From Polyangiaceae bacterium (GTDB taxonomy: Bacteria > Myxococcota_A > Polyangia > Polyangiales > Polyangiaceae): 64,000 nucleotides of DNA. This document shows, piece by piece, positions 37,987 to 47,984 of this stretch. The position numbers and the translations under genes were made by a program. The stretch spans positions 32,001-96,000 of the forward strand of contig JBGANF010000003.1 in the NCBI GenBank assembly GCA_044222475.1, in the 5' to 3' direction. How positions within the stretch are numbered: position 1 is the stretch's first letter; each line of letters starts with the position of its first letter. The notes beneath the pieces are model-generated. The model worked only from the letters and a program-made list of their open reading frames with translations, was not told the origin of the DNA and made no database searches.

Positions 37987-38924
37987 CAGAAGGCCCCCTG
38001 GAGCGAGAGGTTGCCGGGGCCGACCGCAGCGGTGACGGTGGTCGCCCCGATCCGCGTGCTCCACACGAACAGGCCGACCCCGGCTGCCGCGAGCCCGATG
38101 CCGGTGAGGAAGAACGCGGTGCTCACCGTCGCCCACGAGCGCCCGCTCTGCGCCGCGTCGTAGCCGGTGAGGTTGCAGAGGTTCGTCGCGTCGCAGTTCG
38201 CCTCCTGCACGCTCTTCCGCTCGATCGCGACGACCCCCGCCGCGGTGCCGACCCACAGCGAGACGATCGACACGCCGAACGCGGCGAACGCGCTCGCGCG
38301 AAGCACGGTGCGAGCGGTCTGGTGTTTCTCCTCCGGAGGCGCGGTGGGAAGGACGCTCTCGAGCTCGTCGCCGGGCGTCACGTCGAACGTGCGCTCTTGG
38401 CCCGAGTCGAACGTGAGCTCGTAGCGCGTCCCTCGATGACCCACCGCGGTGACGAGGACGATGTGCTTCGCCGCGGTCACGAACATCGGCGTCGTGCGCG
38501 ACGTGTCGTAGTGCGCGCCGTCGACGCTCACCGTGGTGCCCGGCGGTGCCGACGATGCAAGGTGAAGCGAGAGCTTCCCCGAGACGGCTTCGATCTTGTC
38601 GATGCGCTGGAGCAAGATCGGGAGCCGATCGTCGTTGGCCGCCATGCGCGAGCGCGCCGCGTCGAAATAGTCGTACGCCGCTTGGACGTCCCCCAGGCGC
38701 TCGCTGCAGTCGCCGAGGTTGAGGAGCGTGCCGACCGCGGGTTCGAGCCGGTAGCTCGCGGTGAAGAGCTTGCAGGCACCGGCGGCGTCGCCCTTCTCCG
38801 CGGCGCGGCGGCCTTGTTGGAAGAGTGCGTCGGCTTGAGTCGTCGCCGGAGTGGCCTCGGCGCGGATCGTGAAGACCACGAGGCCGAGCGCGATGAGACC
38901 AGCTAGTTGCGCCGGTCGAGCCAC
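37986..38924 (-). CDS. Secreted TPR + PEGA-like protein with C-terminal hydrophobic hairpin
   Basis: ADALFQQGR..ACKLFTASYRLEPAVGTLLNLGDC, TVSVDG, two Gly-rich hydrophobic helices, ends NLSLQGAF. Start uncertain. Confidence 0.8.
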   Translation of the reverse strand: MARPAQLAGLIALGLVVFTIRAEATPATTQADALFQQGRRAAEKGDAAGACKLFTASYRLEPAVGTLLNLGDCSERLGDVQAAYDYFDAARSRMAANDDRLPILLQRIDKIEAVSGKLSLHLASSAPPGTTVSVDGAHYDTSRTTPMFVTAAKHIVLVTAVGHRGTRYELTFDSGQERTFDVTPGDELESVLPTAPPEEKHQTARTVLRASAFAAFGVSIVSLWVGTAAGVVAIERKSVQEANCDATNLCNLTGYDAAQSGRSWATVSTAFFLTGIGLAAAGVGLFVWSTRIGATTVTAAVGPGNLSLQGAF

Positions 38925-40330
38925 GTATTCTTTCCGGCAGTGGTGGCGGGACGCGCCGGTTGAACGGCGTGGGGCGACGGCGACGGCGCGGCGGTGGACG
39001 CCGTCGGGAGCGCGCTGACGGCGACGGTCGGCACCGCGGACACGGATGCGGAGGGCTCTGCGGTCACCGTGGCCACCGGCACCGTCGCGGACGGACGCTC
39101 GGTTTGCGCGACCGGGAGCGAGGCGCTCGACGCGGCCGCTTTCGGAGGCGTGCGCAGCGCGAAGAAGGCCACGCCGACGACGAGCGACGCGGCGACCGCG
39201 CCCACCGCGATGGCGAGCGCCATCCGCGTGCGACTGCGGGGCTCGTCGGCCATGACCATCGGTCCCAGCGTGGGATTGCGCGCGCTCTCGGCGGCGGGCG
39301 GAACGCGAACGCTGATCTCGGTCGGTGCTTGGCGCTGCTGGGCGGCGAGCGGGAGCGCGTCGCTCGTCGGCGGCGGCGCGATGGGGATCGGGATCGCCGG
39401 CGTGGGCGGACGCGCGAGGTTGAAGCCTGGTGGGAGCTTGCCGCCCCACGAGATCGCCTCGATCGCATCGCGGAGGGCTTGCTGCATCGCGCGCGCGTCC
39501 GGGTAACGCGCGCCCTTCGTGTACTCGAGCGATCGATCGATGACGTCGACGAGCGGCGTCGGCACGCCGGACGTCACCTGAGCGAGCGAGGGCGCCGGCA
39601 ACGTCGCCGCCGCGACGAGCTGCTCGTTCGCGGTCTCCGCCGTGTGCACCACGCGCCCGGCGAGGAGATAGAAGAGCGTCGCCCCGACCGCCCACACGTC
39701 CGACGTGGCGTCCATCTCGTTCGCGCGTCCGCGCGCTTGCTCGGGAGGCATGAACGCGGGCGTCCCCATCATCGCGCCGTTCTTCGTCTCGGTGGTCGCG
39801 GCTTGGTCGATGACCCTGGCGATGCCGAAGTCGAGCAGGATGACGCGCTGATCGTTCGTGAGGAACACGTTCTCGGGCTTGATGTCGCGGTGGATGATGC
39901 CGCGCGAGTGCGCCGCCGCGAGGACGTCGAGGATCGCGTCGCCGATGCCGGCGACGTCTTGGGGGAGGAGCTTCCCGCCGCTGCGCTCCGCGCGCTGATC
40001 CGCGGTCTCTCCTTCGAGGAGATCCATCACGAGGAACGCCGAGCCGTCCTCCGCGGTGTCGTCGTCGAGGACGCGCGGCACGCCGGGGTGGCCGACGGTG
40101 TTCGCGACGTAGCCCTCGCGCGCGAACCGTTTGCGCACCTCTTCGTTCACCGAGAGCTGCGGGTGGAGCATCTTCAGCGCGACGCGGGCGCTGTTCTTGA
40201 CGTGGATGGCTTCGTAGACGGCGGCCATGCCGCCGAGACCGAGGAGCTTCTCCACACGCCACTTCCCGCAGACGACCTTTCCCAGTCGCGCACGCGCGAG
40301 GTCGAGCACCGAGTTGTGGAGTTGGCTCAT
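38903..40330 (-). CDS. Membrane Ser/Thr protein kinase
   Basis: GLGGMAAV, VALK, HRDIKPEN, DFG, FMPPE; TM helix then Pro/Ala/Ser-rich tail. Confidence 0.95.
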   Translation of the reverse strand: MSQLHNSVLDLARARLGKVVCGKWRVEKLLGLGGMAAVYEAIHVKNSARVALKMLHPQLSVNEEVRKRFAREGYVANTVGHPGVPRVLDDDTAEDGSAFLVMDLLEGETADQRAERSGGKLLPQDVAGIGDAILDVLAAAHSRGIIHRDIKPENVFLTNDQRVILLDFGIARVIDQAATTETKNGAMMGTPAFMPPEQARGRANEMDATSDVWAVGATLFYLLAGRVVHTAETANEQLVAAATLPAPSLAQVTSGVPTPLVDVIDRSLEYTKGARYPDARAMQQALRDAIEAISWGGKLPPGFNLARPPTPAIPIPIAPPPTSDALPLAAQQRQAPTEISVRVPPAAESARNPTLGPMVMADEPRSRTRMALAIAVGAVAASLVVGVAFFALRTPPKAAASSASLPVAQTERPSATVPVATVTAEPSASVSAVPTVAVSALPTASTAAPSPSPHAVQPARPATTAGKNTWLDRRN

Positions 40331-40427
40331 GGCGTTCGGAATCAGTCTCCCCGCCCAAACGATCATGATAGCGGACTTCCGCCCGCCTGAATCGGTGGAC
40401 AGAGGTGCGAGGGTAGCGCCCTCGCAC

Positions 40428-41957
40428 CTACGATCGCTGCTGGAGCTGCTGCAGCAAGATCGCTTGGCGCTCGAGCTCTGCCCGGGCGCTGCGCAGCTCT
40501 TCGCCGCTCTCGGCTCGGACGCGAGCGGCGTGCTCCTGCGCCAGGGCCTGGCGGAGGGCGTCGATCTCGGTCATGGCGCTGCCTTGCGCCGGCACGGGCG
40601 CGGTGGCCTGCGCGGGCGCGCGTGACAGCTCGGCGATCCGCCATCGAGCCGCCTCGAGCTCTCCTCGCAGCTCGGCGCTCGTGCGAGCGAGCGCGTCGAG
40701 TCGCTTCTTGAGATCGATGACCTCCGCGTCGTTCGTCGGATTGGCGGCGAGCGTCGGCCCCTCTTCGGCCATGGTGAGCAGCTCTTTGACGAGCCGCTCG
40801 CGCCGGTGGACCTCGGCTTCGAGCTCGGCGATGGCTTCGCCTCGCTCGCGGAGCTTCTCTTCGAGCGCGGCGAGCTCGCCCTCGTGCGCGGCCTGGTAGG
40901 CGGCGACGCGCTCGAGCTCGTTCTCGACGCGGGCGAGGACGGTGCGATCGACGCGGGTCTCGCCCATCGCGGCGAGCTCTGCGCGCACGGCGATGACCTC
41001 GTTCGCGCTCTCGCGCAGGGCGTCCTCGGTGGCGCCGAGCCGCTCGCGCAGCGCAATGATGGTCTGCTCGGCGAGGCGCACGCCGTCTTCGAGCGCGGCG
41101 ATGCGCTCCGCGTCGGCCGGCGCGGTCTGGACGGACTGCGACAGCTCGGACGCCAGCCGCTCGCGCAGGCGCCGCTCTTGGTCGAGCTCGCTCACGAGGC
41201 GCTCGCTGCGCTCGCGCTCGATGGCGAGCGCCTCGCGGAGCTCTTCGAGCTGCGTTCCGAGCATGTCGGCACGGAGCACCGCCTCCGCGAGCGGCGCGAC
41301 GTGGCTCTGCTCTGCGGCCGGCGAGGGCCGCGCCGGCACGTCCGGAAGTTGCACGATGGAGTAGCGGTCGAGCTCGACCGCGGTGGCCGAAGCGACCGCG
41401 ACCCAGGCCTCGGGCTCGCCGGGGGTGCCCGCGAGGTCGGTGTGGACGGCGACGCCTTCGTCGATCTCCTCGGAGCCGAGCTCGGCGAACGCGACGCCGT
41501 GGAAGCCGACGCGCGCGACCATCCGCACGTCGTTCCACTGGAGCGCGAGGAGATCGAAGAGCTGGTAGTAGTCGAAGCGTTGGTGGGGGCCGCCGTTCGC
41601 GGCCGAGATCATCGCGACGCCGGCATCACCCAAGACGCGGCGGAGGCGGACGACGAGGGCCTCGGGCTCGGGGACGAGCGCGAGGTCGGGGACGATCGCG
41701 ACGTCGAATGCGCCGTCGCGCACCTCGAAGTCGCCGTCGGGCAAGGTGCGCACGGACACGTTGCGAATCGACGTCGTCGGCGCGGCGGCGAGCGCGCGCT
41801 CGGGGCTAGGATCGTAGACGTGGACGACGCGGGCGCCCATGTCGACGAGCCGCTCGGCGAGCGCGTCGCTCGAGTCACCCACGACGAGAACGCGGCGACC
41901 GTCGAGGAGCGGCTCGGCGAACGCGAGGAGAGCGGAAGCATCGTGCGTCGAAGGCAT
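40428..41957 (-). CDS. Methyltransferase-like N-terminal domain + long coiled-coil protein
   Basis: GRRVLVVG..VHVYD..DGAFDVAI..LRRVL (degenerate Rossmann MTase fold), then a long E/R/L/A-rich heptad region. Confidence 0.7.
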   Translation of the reverse strand: MPSTHDASALLAFAEPLLDGRRVLVVGDSSDALAERLVDMGARVVHVYDPSPERALAAAPTTSIRNVSVRTLPDGDFEVRDGAFDVAIVPDLALVPEPEALVVRLRRVLGDAGVAMISAANGGPHQRFDYYQLFDLLALQWNDVRMVARVGFHGVAFAELGSEEIDEGVAVHTDLAGTPGEPEAWVAVASATAVELDRYSIVQLPDVPARPSPAAEQSHVAPLAEAVLRADMLGTQLEELREALAIERERSERLVSELDQERRLRERLASELSQSVQTAPADAERIAALEDGVRLAEQTIIALRERLGATEDALRESANEVIAVRAELAAMGETRVDRTVLARVENELERVAAYQAAHEGELAALEEKLRERGEAIAELEAEVHRRERLVKELLTMAEEGPTLAANPTNDAEVIDLKKRLDALARTSAELRGELEAARWRIAELSRAPAQATAPVPAQGSAMTEIDALRQALAQEHAARVRAESGEELRSARAELERQAILLQQLQQRS

Positions 41958-42003
41958 CGGCGGCGCAGGTTACTCCGCCTCGAACGGGGTCGAAAGCCCC
42001 CCG

Positions 42004-43743
42004 CTACGCGGCCGCGGCAGACTCTTCGACCGGCAGCCCCGCTTCGCGCCGGTTCTTGCCGCTCCAGTCGGCCTCGCCGGCGATCGTCTTCCTTCGGTCT
42101 CGCAACAGGCCGGAGACCTCGTCGACGAGGCCGACCGCGGCCCCCGCGAGCGGGAGCCTGGGCCAGAGCGGGTAGACGCGCTCCTCGGGGCGGCGCCCGG
42201 TGACGGGACGGGCGACTCCCTCGAGCTCGGCCGCCATCTTCGCCGCCGCGAACGAGCCGTCGAGCACGCGCACCAACACGCCGTAGCGTGGCGCCGGGGC
42301 GCCGCCGTCGAAGTCCCACGCCACGCCGAGCTCGATGCCGACGACGCCGGGCATCGCGAGCTTCGGCTGCGAGAGGAGGCGCACCTCGTCGGGGGACTTC
42401 GCACCACGCGGCACGTGCCCGACCGCGGCGACCGGACCGGACTTCGCGAGCGCATCGAAGCAGTGACGGAGGAGCTCGGTCGTTCGACGCGTCGTCGCCC
42501 CGAGCTCGACCTCGGTCGCGGTGAAGAAGATCGGGACGAGGATCGATGCGTCGAGGAGGACGAGGTAGGGCGCGTCGGCGCGGAGGCGCGTCGCCACGAC
42601 GGCGACGACGACGGTGATCATCATCACCGCGAGGAAGGTCCAGCGACCGCGCGCGCGCGTGCCGTCGAACGGGCTGGCGGAGTCGTCGCTCTTGCCGAAC
42701 ACGGTGGCCGGGTCGAGCGAGCTCCACGATCCCGGCGCCATCACCGGCGAAGGACGCGGGCGCGCGCGCACCGCGGCGAGGACGAGCGCGCAGCCGAGGA
42801 GCGCGCCACCGAGCAGATGGCGCTCGGTGATTTGAGCGTGAATCGCCGCGCCGAACGCGAGCGCGGCGGCGTACGGCGACCACGTCGCCGCGATGGGGAC
42901 GAGACCGCGGAGCTCGACCGCGCGCGCCCGAGCGCGGACGGCGGAGATCTTCGCTCGCAACACGAGGAGCAGCGCGAGACCGACGAAGCCGACGAACGCC
43001 CATCGCAGCGATGGGTCGGACTTGGCGCTTGCCTCGGCCTTGGGAGGCGGACGAAGCGCTGCGTCGAAGGGCGTACTGAGCGCCTTCTTGTCGACGCGCA
43101 CGCGAAAGACGGCGCCCTCGCTGCGTGCGACGTGCGGTCGCACGAGCTCGAGCTCGTCGCGATCCGCCTTGCGCCGGAGCGTGCTCAGCACCGCGTCGTC
43201 CGCGGCCCCGTCGGACTTCGCTTGCGGCTCGGTCGGCGCCGACGGCAGATCGAACACGACGCGCATCCCGTCGATCCCCTCGCGCTGCGCGGGGGCGCGG
43301 AACGAGAGCTCGAGGAACGCGCCGTCGTAGCGGAGCGATTGGGTCGCGTTCCCGTCGGCGTGGACGACGAACGTGTAGTTTCCACGCTTCAGACCCTTCG
43401 CGTCGTCGACCGAGAGGTGAAGCTTGCCTTTGTCGCTGACGACGAAGAGGGGGAGCGTGCTTCCGTCTTCCGCGACGACCGTCCCTTGGGGATCGAACGC
43501 GAGCGCGTCCCCGCTCGAGTCGAGCTCGAGCTCGACGCCGCGCAGCGTTCCAGCGACGACGCGGTAGGAAAGGCGGTACTCGGCGCGGAGCGGGCCGGCG
43601 CGATCGACGCTGACGCGGACGTCGACGCCGGCGGCGTGGACCTCCTGCCACTGCGCCGGCGCCGCATGGCCGAGCTGCGCGAGGGCGAGGAACGCGACGA
43701 GGGAGAGAAAGAGGGCCAGCCAGGTCGGGCGCCGTGCGTACAT
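42004..43743 (-). CDS. Hypothetical membrane protein
   Basis: Signal peptide, beta-rich exported domain, several TM helices; typical codon usage. Confidence 0.7.
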   Translation of the reverse strand: MYARRPTWLALFLSLVAFLALAQLGHAAPAQWQEVHAAGVDVRVSVDRAGPLRAEYRLSYRVVAGTLRGVELELDSSGDALAFDPQGTVVAEDGSTLPLFVVSDKGKLHLSVDDAKGLKRGNYTFVVHADGNATQSLRYDGAFLELSFRAPAQREGIDGMRVVFDLPSAPTEPQAKSDGAADDAVLSTLRRKADRDELELVRPHVARSEGAVFRVRVDKKALSTPFDAALRPPPKAEASAKSDPSLRWAFVGFVGLALLLVLRAKISAVRARARAVELRGLVPIAATWSPYAAALAFGAAIHAQITERHLLGGALLGCALVLAAVRARPRPSPVMAPGSWSSLDPATVFGKSDDSASPFDGTRARGRWTFLAVMMITVVVAVVATRLRADAPYLVLLDASILVPIFFTATEVELGATTRRTTELLRHCFDALAKSGPVAAVGHVPRGAKSPDEVRLLSQPKLAMPGVVGIELGVAWDFDGGAPAPRYGVLVRVLDGSFAAAKMAAELEGVARPVTGRRPEERVYPLWPRLPLAGAAVGLVDEVSGLLRDRRKTIAGEADWSGKNRREAGLPVEESAAAA

Positions 43744-43814
43744 ATCCTACATCTACGCACCTGCCTCCGGGGGGCCAACAAAGTGGCGCCAACCGGGCTC
43801 ATCTAGCTGAAATG

Positions 43815-45812
43815 TCAGCGGAAAAGTCGGACGCCTACGGTGAGAAAATCGGCCACCTCGGCGCGGGGTACGCGCACCGAGAGGTTGAGGGCGCCGGCCG
43901 GCGCGTCCGCCTTCGTGCCCTCCTCGGAGAACCAGAACGGGACGGCGACCATGCCGGCGTCGCTCGTCGTCATGCCGTAGAGCGGATCGTCGTCGAGGGC
44001 GTAGCCCGGGGTCCGGGTCGACCACGCGATCGGCAGCTTCATCCCGAGCCCGCGCAGCGACATGAAGCCGCCTGCGTTGCTCTTCGCCGAGCGGAGCGGG
44101 TCGAGATCCATCCGCTTCGCGAGCGAGTCGGTCGCGGCGAGGGTCGCCTTCGCCTTGGCGATGAGCGTGGGCATGTCCATCGCGGTGAAGAGCCAGGTCC
44201 TGTCCCCATCTGGGACGAGGACGATCTGGAGCTTCGACGCCGTGTACGTCGGCTTCGGCGTCGGCGGAGCGGGACGCCCGGGCGGAGGCGGGGGCGGCGG
44301 GTTCATGTTCACGTCTTGGTTGAAGTCGACCAGCTCGAAGTGGACGTTGCCTGCCGGGAGATCCTTCACCGGCGCCGCCGTCTTCCACTGATCGATCGGC
44401 TCGGCGCTGCCGGACTGCATCGCCTTCTGCCACGCCACCACGTGCGGGCGGTTGAACGCGGCGAAGATCTCCTTGATCGGCACCTGGACCTTGGCGATCG
44501 GCGCCTCGATCCCGATCACGTCCCACCCGGCGACGAGCGAGAGCGCCGTCATCTGCTTCGCGGCGTCGGTCTTCTTCGATTGCCACGCGTTGACCGCCTG
44601 CGAGGCGGCGACGACGTCGACGCCGCGGCCGTAGACCATCGGGACGACGAACAGATCGGCGAGGTGGAGGAACGCGTCGGCGAACGCTTTGCGATCGGTC
44701 GCGTCGAGCTCGGAGCGCTTCTGGAGGACGTTCTCGAGCGCCTTGCTGCCGAGGAGCTTGGGCTGGGCGAGATCCGCGGCGTCGAAGCCGTGGATGAAGA
44801 ACGCCATCGCGGCGTCGCTCGGGATGCGCCCGAACGCGGCCGGCGGCGCATCGGCCTTCTCGGGGTGAGACACGAGGGCGCGCGCGAGCGCGGACGTCTT
44901 CTGCTTCAGCGTGATGCGGGCATCGCCCGTGCCCTGCTTGTCGTCGAGCGAGATGTCGAGCACGCCGTGCTGAGCGTCCATCCCCAGATCGAGTACGTCG
45001 GTCACGCCGGCGGTCACCGCCTCCTTGATCTCGGCGTCGCGGCCGAAGATGCTCTGCGCGAGCAGGCCAGCCTGGCTGCGGTTCTTGGTGAGGAAATCCT
45101 TGAACGCTTCGGGCCGAGCCTCGACGTGGATGTCGGCGGGGAACGACTGCCGCGTCACGGTGCGGGTGAGGAACGGAAGCGCGAGATCGCGCACGGCGCC
45201 GTCATCGGAGCAGACGACGCGGGCCGCCGCCGCGCCAAAGGCTGGCGCAAGCGCGCAACGTCGGAGGTCGGAGTAGTCGTCGTCATCATCGTCGTCGTCG
45301 TCGTCGTCGTTGCGCGTCGGCTTTGCCTTGTGGGCGAGCTCGAGGACGCCGTTCGGTCCTTTGACGAACGCGTAGCGGTCCGCGAGGGTCGGGGCGATCG
45401 ACTCGACCGTGCCCTTCAGCGGAACGGAGAGGACGAAGCGGATGCGCGGCACGACGCCGGGCTTCGCGTAGACGACGAAGTCGAACGGCTGCTCGAAGTC
45501 GGCGAGGCGGGCGAGCTTCTCGCCGATCATCTCGCGCAGGGGCCCTTGGCCTTCGATGTTCTGGCGCACCCAGGTGCTGAGCATGTCGAGCGAGCGCTGC
45601 GGCTTCGTCGCGCGGCCCCACGCGAACACCGTGTCGGGCGTCGGGACCGCGGAGAGATCGACCGCGGGCCCGGTGTCACCCCCGCCCTTCGGTGGCGTCG
45701 GGAGGGTGGCGACCGGCGGCGTCGGCTGGGCCTGGTTCCCGCCGCACGCGGCGGCAAGCAAAAGGAGGAGAGGAGCGAAGACGACGGAACGCGCGCGGAG
45801 TTTGCGGTGCAT
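43815..45812 (-). CDS. Hypothetical lipoprotein with poly-Asp and poly-Pro inserts
   Basis: LAAAC lipobox, D11 tract, PPPPPPP tract. Confidence 0.75.
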   Translation of the reverse strand: MHRKLRARSVVFAPLLLLLAAACGGNQAQPTPPVATLPTPPKGGGDTGPAVDLSAVPTPDTVFAWGRATKPQRSLDMLSTWVRQNIEGQGPLREMIGEKLARLADFEQPFDFVVYAKPGVVPRIRFVLSVPLKGTVESIAPTLADRYAFVKGPNGVLELAHKAKPTRNDDDDDDDDDDDYSDLRRCALAPAFGAAAARVVCSDDGAVRDLALPFLTRTVTRQSFPADIHVEARPEAFKDFLTKNRSQAGLLAQSIFGRDAEIKEAVTAGVTDVLDLGMDAQHGVLDISLDDKQGTGDARITLKQKTSALARALVSHPEKADAPPAAFGRIPSDAAMAFFIHGFDAADLAQPKLLGSKALENVLQKRSELDATDRKAFADAFLHLADLFVVPMVYGRGVDVVAASQAVNAWQSKKTDAAKQMTALSLVAGWDVIGIEAPIAKVQVPIKEIFAAFNRPHVVAWQKAMQSGSAEPIDQWKTAAPVKDLPAGNVHFELVDFNQDVNMNPPPPPPPGRPAPPTPKPTYTASKLQIVLVPDGDRTWLFTAMDMPTLIAKAKATLAATDSLAKRMDLDPLRSAKSNAGGFMSLRGLGMKLPIAWSTRTPGYALDDDPLYGMTTSDAGMVAVPFWFSEEGTKADAPAGALNLSVRVPRAEVADFLTVGVRLFR

Positions 45813-45886
45813 GCGCGCGCGAGCATAGCAGGAAAAAAATACAAGCTTTTGCCCGCGCGGCGGCCGTGTCACAGACGAGGTTCGCC

Positions 45887-47980
45887 GTGGCCTCCATCCC
45901 GCTCAACCCAGCCCAGAAGCGAGCCGTCGAGCACGAGCTCGGTCCGCTGCTCGTCCTCGCCGGAGCCGGATCGGGAAAGACGCGCGTCATCACCGAACGC
46001 ATCGCTCGGCTCATGAGCCGCGGGTTCCCCGCGCGCACGATCGTCGCGCTCACGTTCACCAACAAGGCCGCCGGCGAGATGGCCGAGCGCATCCACAAGC
46101 TCGCCAAGGCGCGCGACATCGCCGCGAAGGACCTGAGCGTCTCGACCTTTCACTCGTTCGGCTTGATGGTCCTCTCGCGCGAGCGCGCCACCACCGGCGG
46201 GACGTTCACCATCTTCGATCAGGGCGACGCGCTCGGCGCGCTCAAGGAGGCGATGCGCAACGTCGACGCGGGCAAGCGCTTCGACGCACCAGCGATCCTC
46301 TCGCGCATCTCGATGGCGAAGAACGCGTTCCTCACCCCCGAGGACCTCGCCGCGAAGGACTCCGAGGACGCCTACGACGAGATCACGCGCATCGTCTACC
46401 CGAAGTACCAAGCGGCGCTCCGCAACTTCCGCGCGTACGACTTCGACGACCTCGTCTGCGAGGTCGCGCACCTGTTCAAGACCCGGCCCGACATCCTCGA
46501 GCGCTGGCAGGAGCGGTATCGTTTCGTCCTCGTCGACGAGTACCAGGACACGAACCGCGCCCAGCTCGAGCTCCTGCGGCTGCTCGCCGACAAGCACAAG
46601 AACGTCTGCGTCGTCGGCGACGACGACCAGTCGATCTACGCGTGGCGCGGCGCCGACGTGCGCAACATCCTCGACTTCGAGGCGCACTTCCCTGGCGCGG
46701 CGGTGGTGAAGCTCGAGCAGAACTACCGCTCGCGCGCACCGGTGCTCGCGGTCGCCAACGCGGTGATCTCGAAGCGTCAGGACTCGAAGCACCGCAAGGT
46801 CCTCTTCACCGACAAGATGGGCGGCGAGAAGGTGCGCATCGCCGCCTGCGCCACGCCCGAGGTCGAAGCGGCGTGGGTCGCCGAGAAGATCCGCGGTCTC
46901 GTGAAGGACCGCCAGGTGAAGGCGCGCGAGATCGCGGTGCTCTATCGGTCGAACGGGCAGGCGAAGGTCATCGAGGAGGCCCTCCGCGAGCAGGGCGTCG
47001 CGTATCGCGTCGTCGGTGGACAGCAGTTCTTCGAGCGGAAAGAGGTGAAGGACCTCCTCTCGTACTTGAAGCTCGCGCTCAACCGCTCCGACGAGATCGC
47101 GCTGCGTCGCGTGATCAACTACCCGGCGCGCGGCATCGGCGAGACGAGCGTCCAGCGCCTGTCGCTCCACGCTACCGGCCGCGGGTGGACGCTGTGGCAA
47201 GCGGTCGAGCGCGTCGACGCGCTCGACGAGATCGCGTCCAGCGCGCGCGACGGGTGCCACACGCTCGAGCGCCTGATGGGAACCGCTCGCAAGGCGCTGC
47301 TCGTGGAGCGCAAGCGCGCGAGCGAGGTCGCGCGGTGGCTCGCCGACGAGCTCCGCTTGCGCGCCGACATCGACGCGAGCTCGCCCTCGCCGCAGGCCGC
47401 CGCACGGCGCTGGGGCAACGTCGAGTCGCTGTTCTCGACGTTCACCAAGCGCGAAGCGCGCGAGGTCGCGTCAGGCAACGATCCGACCGGCGAGCAGGGC
47501 CTCGCGTCGTTCCTCCACGCCCTCACGATGCAGTTCGACGAAGGCACCGAAGAGGAGCAGGTGGGCCAGACGGTCACGCTGTCGACGCTGCACGGATCGA
47601 AGGGGCTCGAGTTCGACCACGTGTTCCTCATCGGCTGCGAGGAGGGCTACCTGCCCCACACCCGGACACTCGAGACGCGGGCCAACGACGCGAGCCAAGG
47701 CGAGGCGGCGCAGGAGCTCGGGGTGACGAGCGACATCGAGGAGGAGCGGCGCCTGTTCTACGTCGGCGTGACGCGCGCGCGCGAAGAGCTCGCCCTGACG
47801 CGGTGCCTCCACCGGCCGCTGCGCGGCAAGGCGGTGCCGCGCACGCCGAGCCGCTTCCTGATGGACATCCCGCCGGAGCTCGTCATCGAGGAGCAGGTGA
47901 CGATCGCGCCCCACCTCTCCCCCGAGTCGATGACCGAGCAGGCCAACGCCCTGCTCTCCGCGCTCGACGCGCTACGTTGA
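45887..47980 (+). CDS. UvrD/Rep/PcrA family SF1 DNA helicase
   Basis: AGAGSGKT, TFTNKAA, VDEYQDTN, VGDDDQSIY, QNYRS, STLHGSKGLEF, EERRLFYVGVTRA. Confidence 0.96.
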   Translation: MASIPLNPAQKRAVEHELGPLLVLAGAGSGKTRVITERIARLMSRGFPARTIVALTFTNKAAGEMAERIHKLAKARDIAAKDLSVSTFHSFGLMVLSRERATTGGTFTIFDQGDALGALKEAMRNVDAGKRFDAPAILSRISMAKNAFLTPEDLAAKDSEDAYDEITRIVYPKYQAALRNFRAYDFDDLVCEVAHLFKTRPDILERWQERYRFVLVDEYQDTNRAQLELLRLLADKHKNVCVVGDDDQSIYAWRGADVRNILDFEAHFPGAAVVKLEQNYRSRAPVLAVANAVISKRQDSKHRKVLFTDKMGGEKVRIAACATPEVEAAWVAEKIRGLVKDRQVKAREIAVLYRSNGQAKVIEEALREQGVAYRVVGGQQFFERKEVKDLLSYLKLALNRSDEIALRRVINYPARGIGETSVQRLSLHATGRGWTLWQAVERVDALDEIASSARDGCHTLERLMGTARKALLVERKRASEVARWLADELRLRADIDASSPSPQAAARRWGNVESLFSTFTKREAREVASGNDPTGEQGLASFLHALTMQFDEGTEEEQVGQTVTLSTLHGSKGLEFDHVFLIGCEEGYLPHTRTLETRANDASQGEAAQELGVTSDIEEERRLFYVGVTRAREELALTRCLHRPLRGKAVPRTPSRFLMDIPPELVIEEQVTIAPHLSPESMTEQANALLSALDALR

Positions 47981-47984
47981 GTCG

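Noticed and set aside
37986..40427. 813-aa ORF suggesting a kinase-TPR fusion
   Set aside because: The upstream part is off-frame nonsense across the kinase; the TPR protein has its own signal peptide near 38924.
45887..47980. Helicase as part of an anti-phage system (e.g. Gabija)
   Set aside because: It looks like a standard Rep/PcrA-type helicase with normal codon usage and no adjacent nuclease or ATPase.
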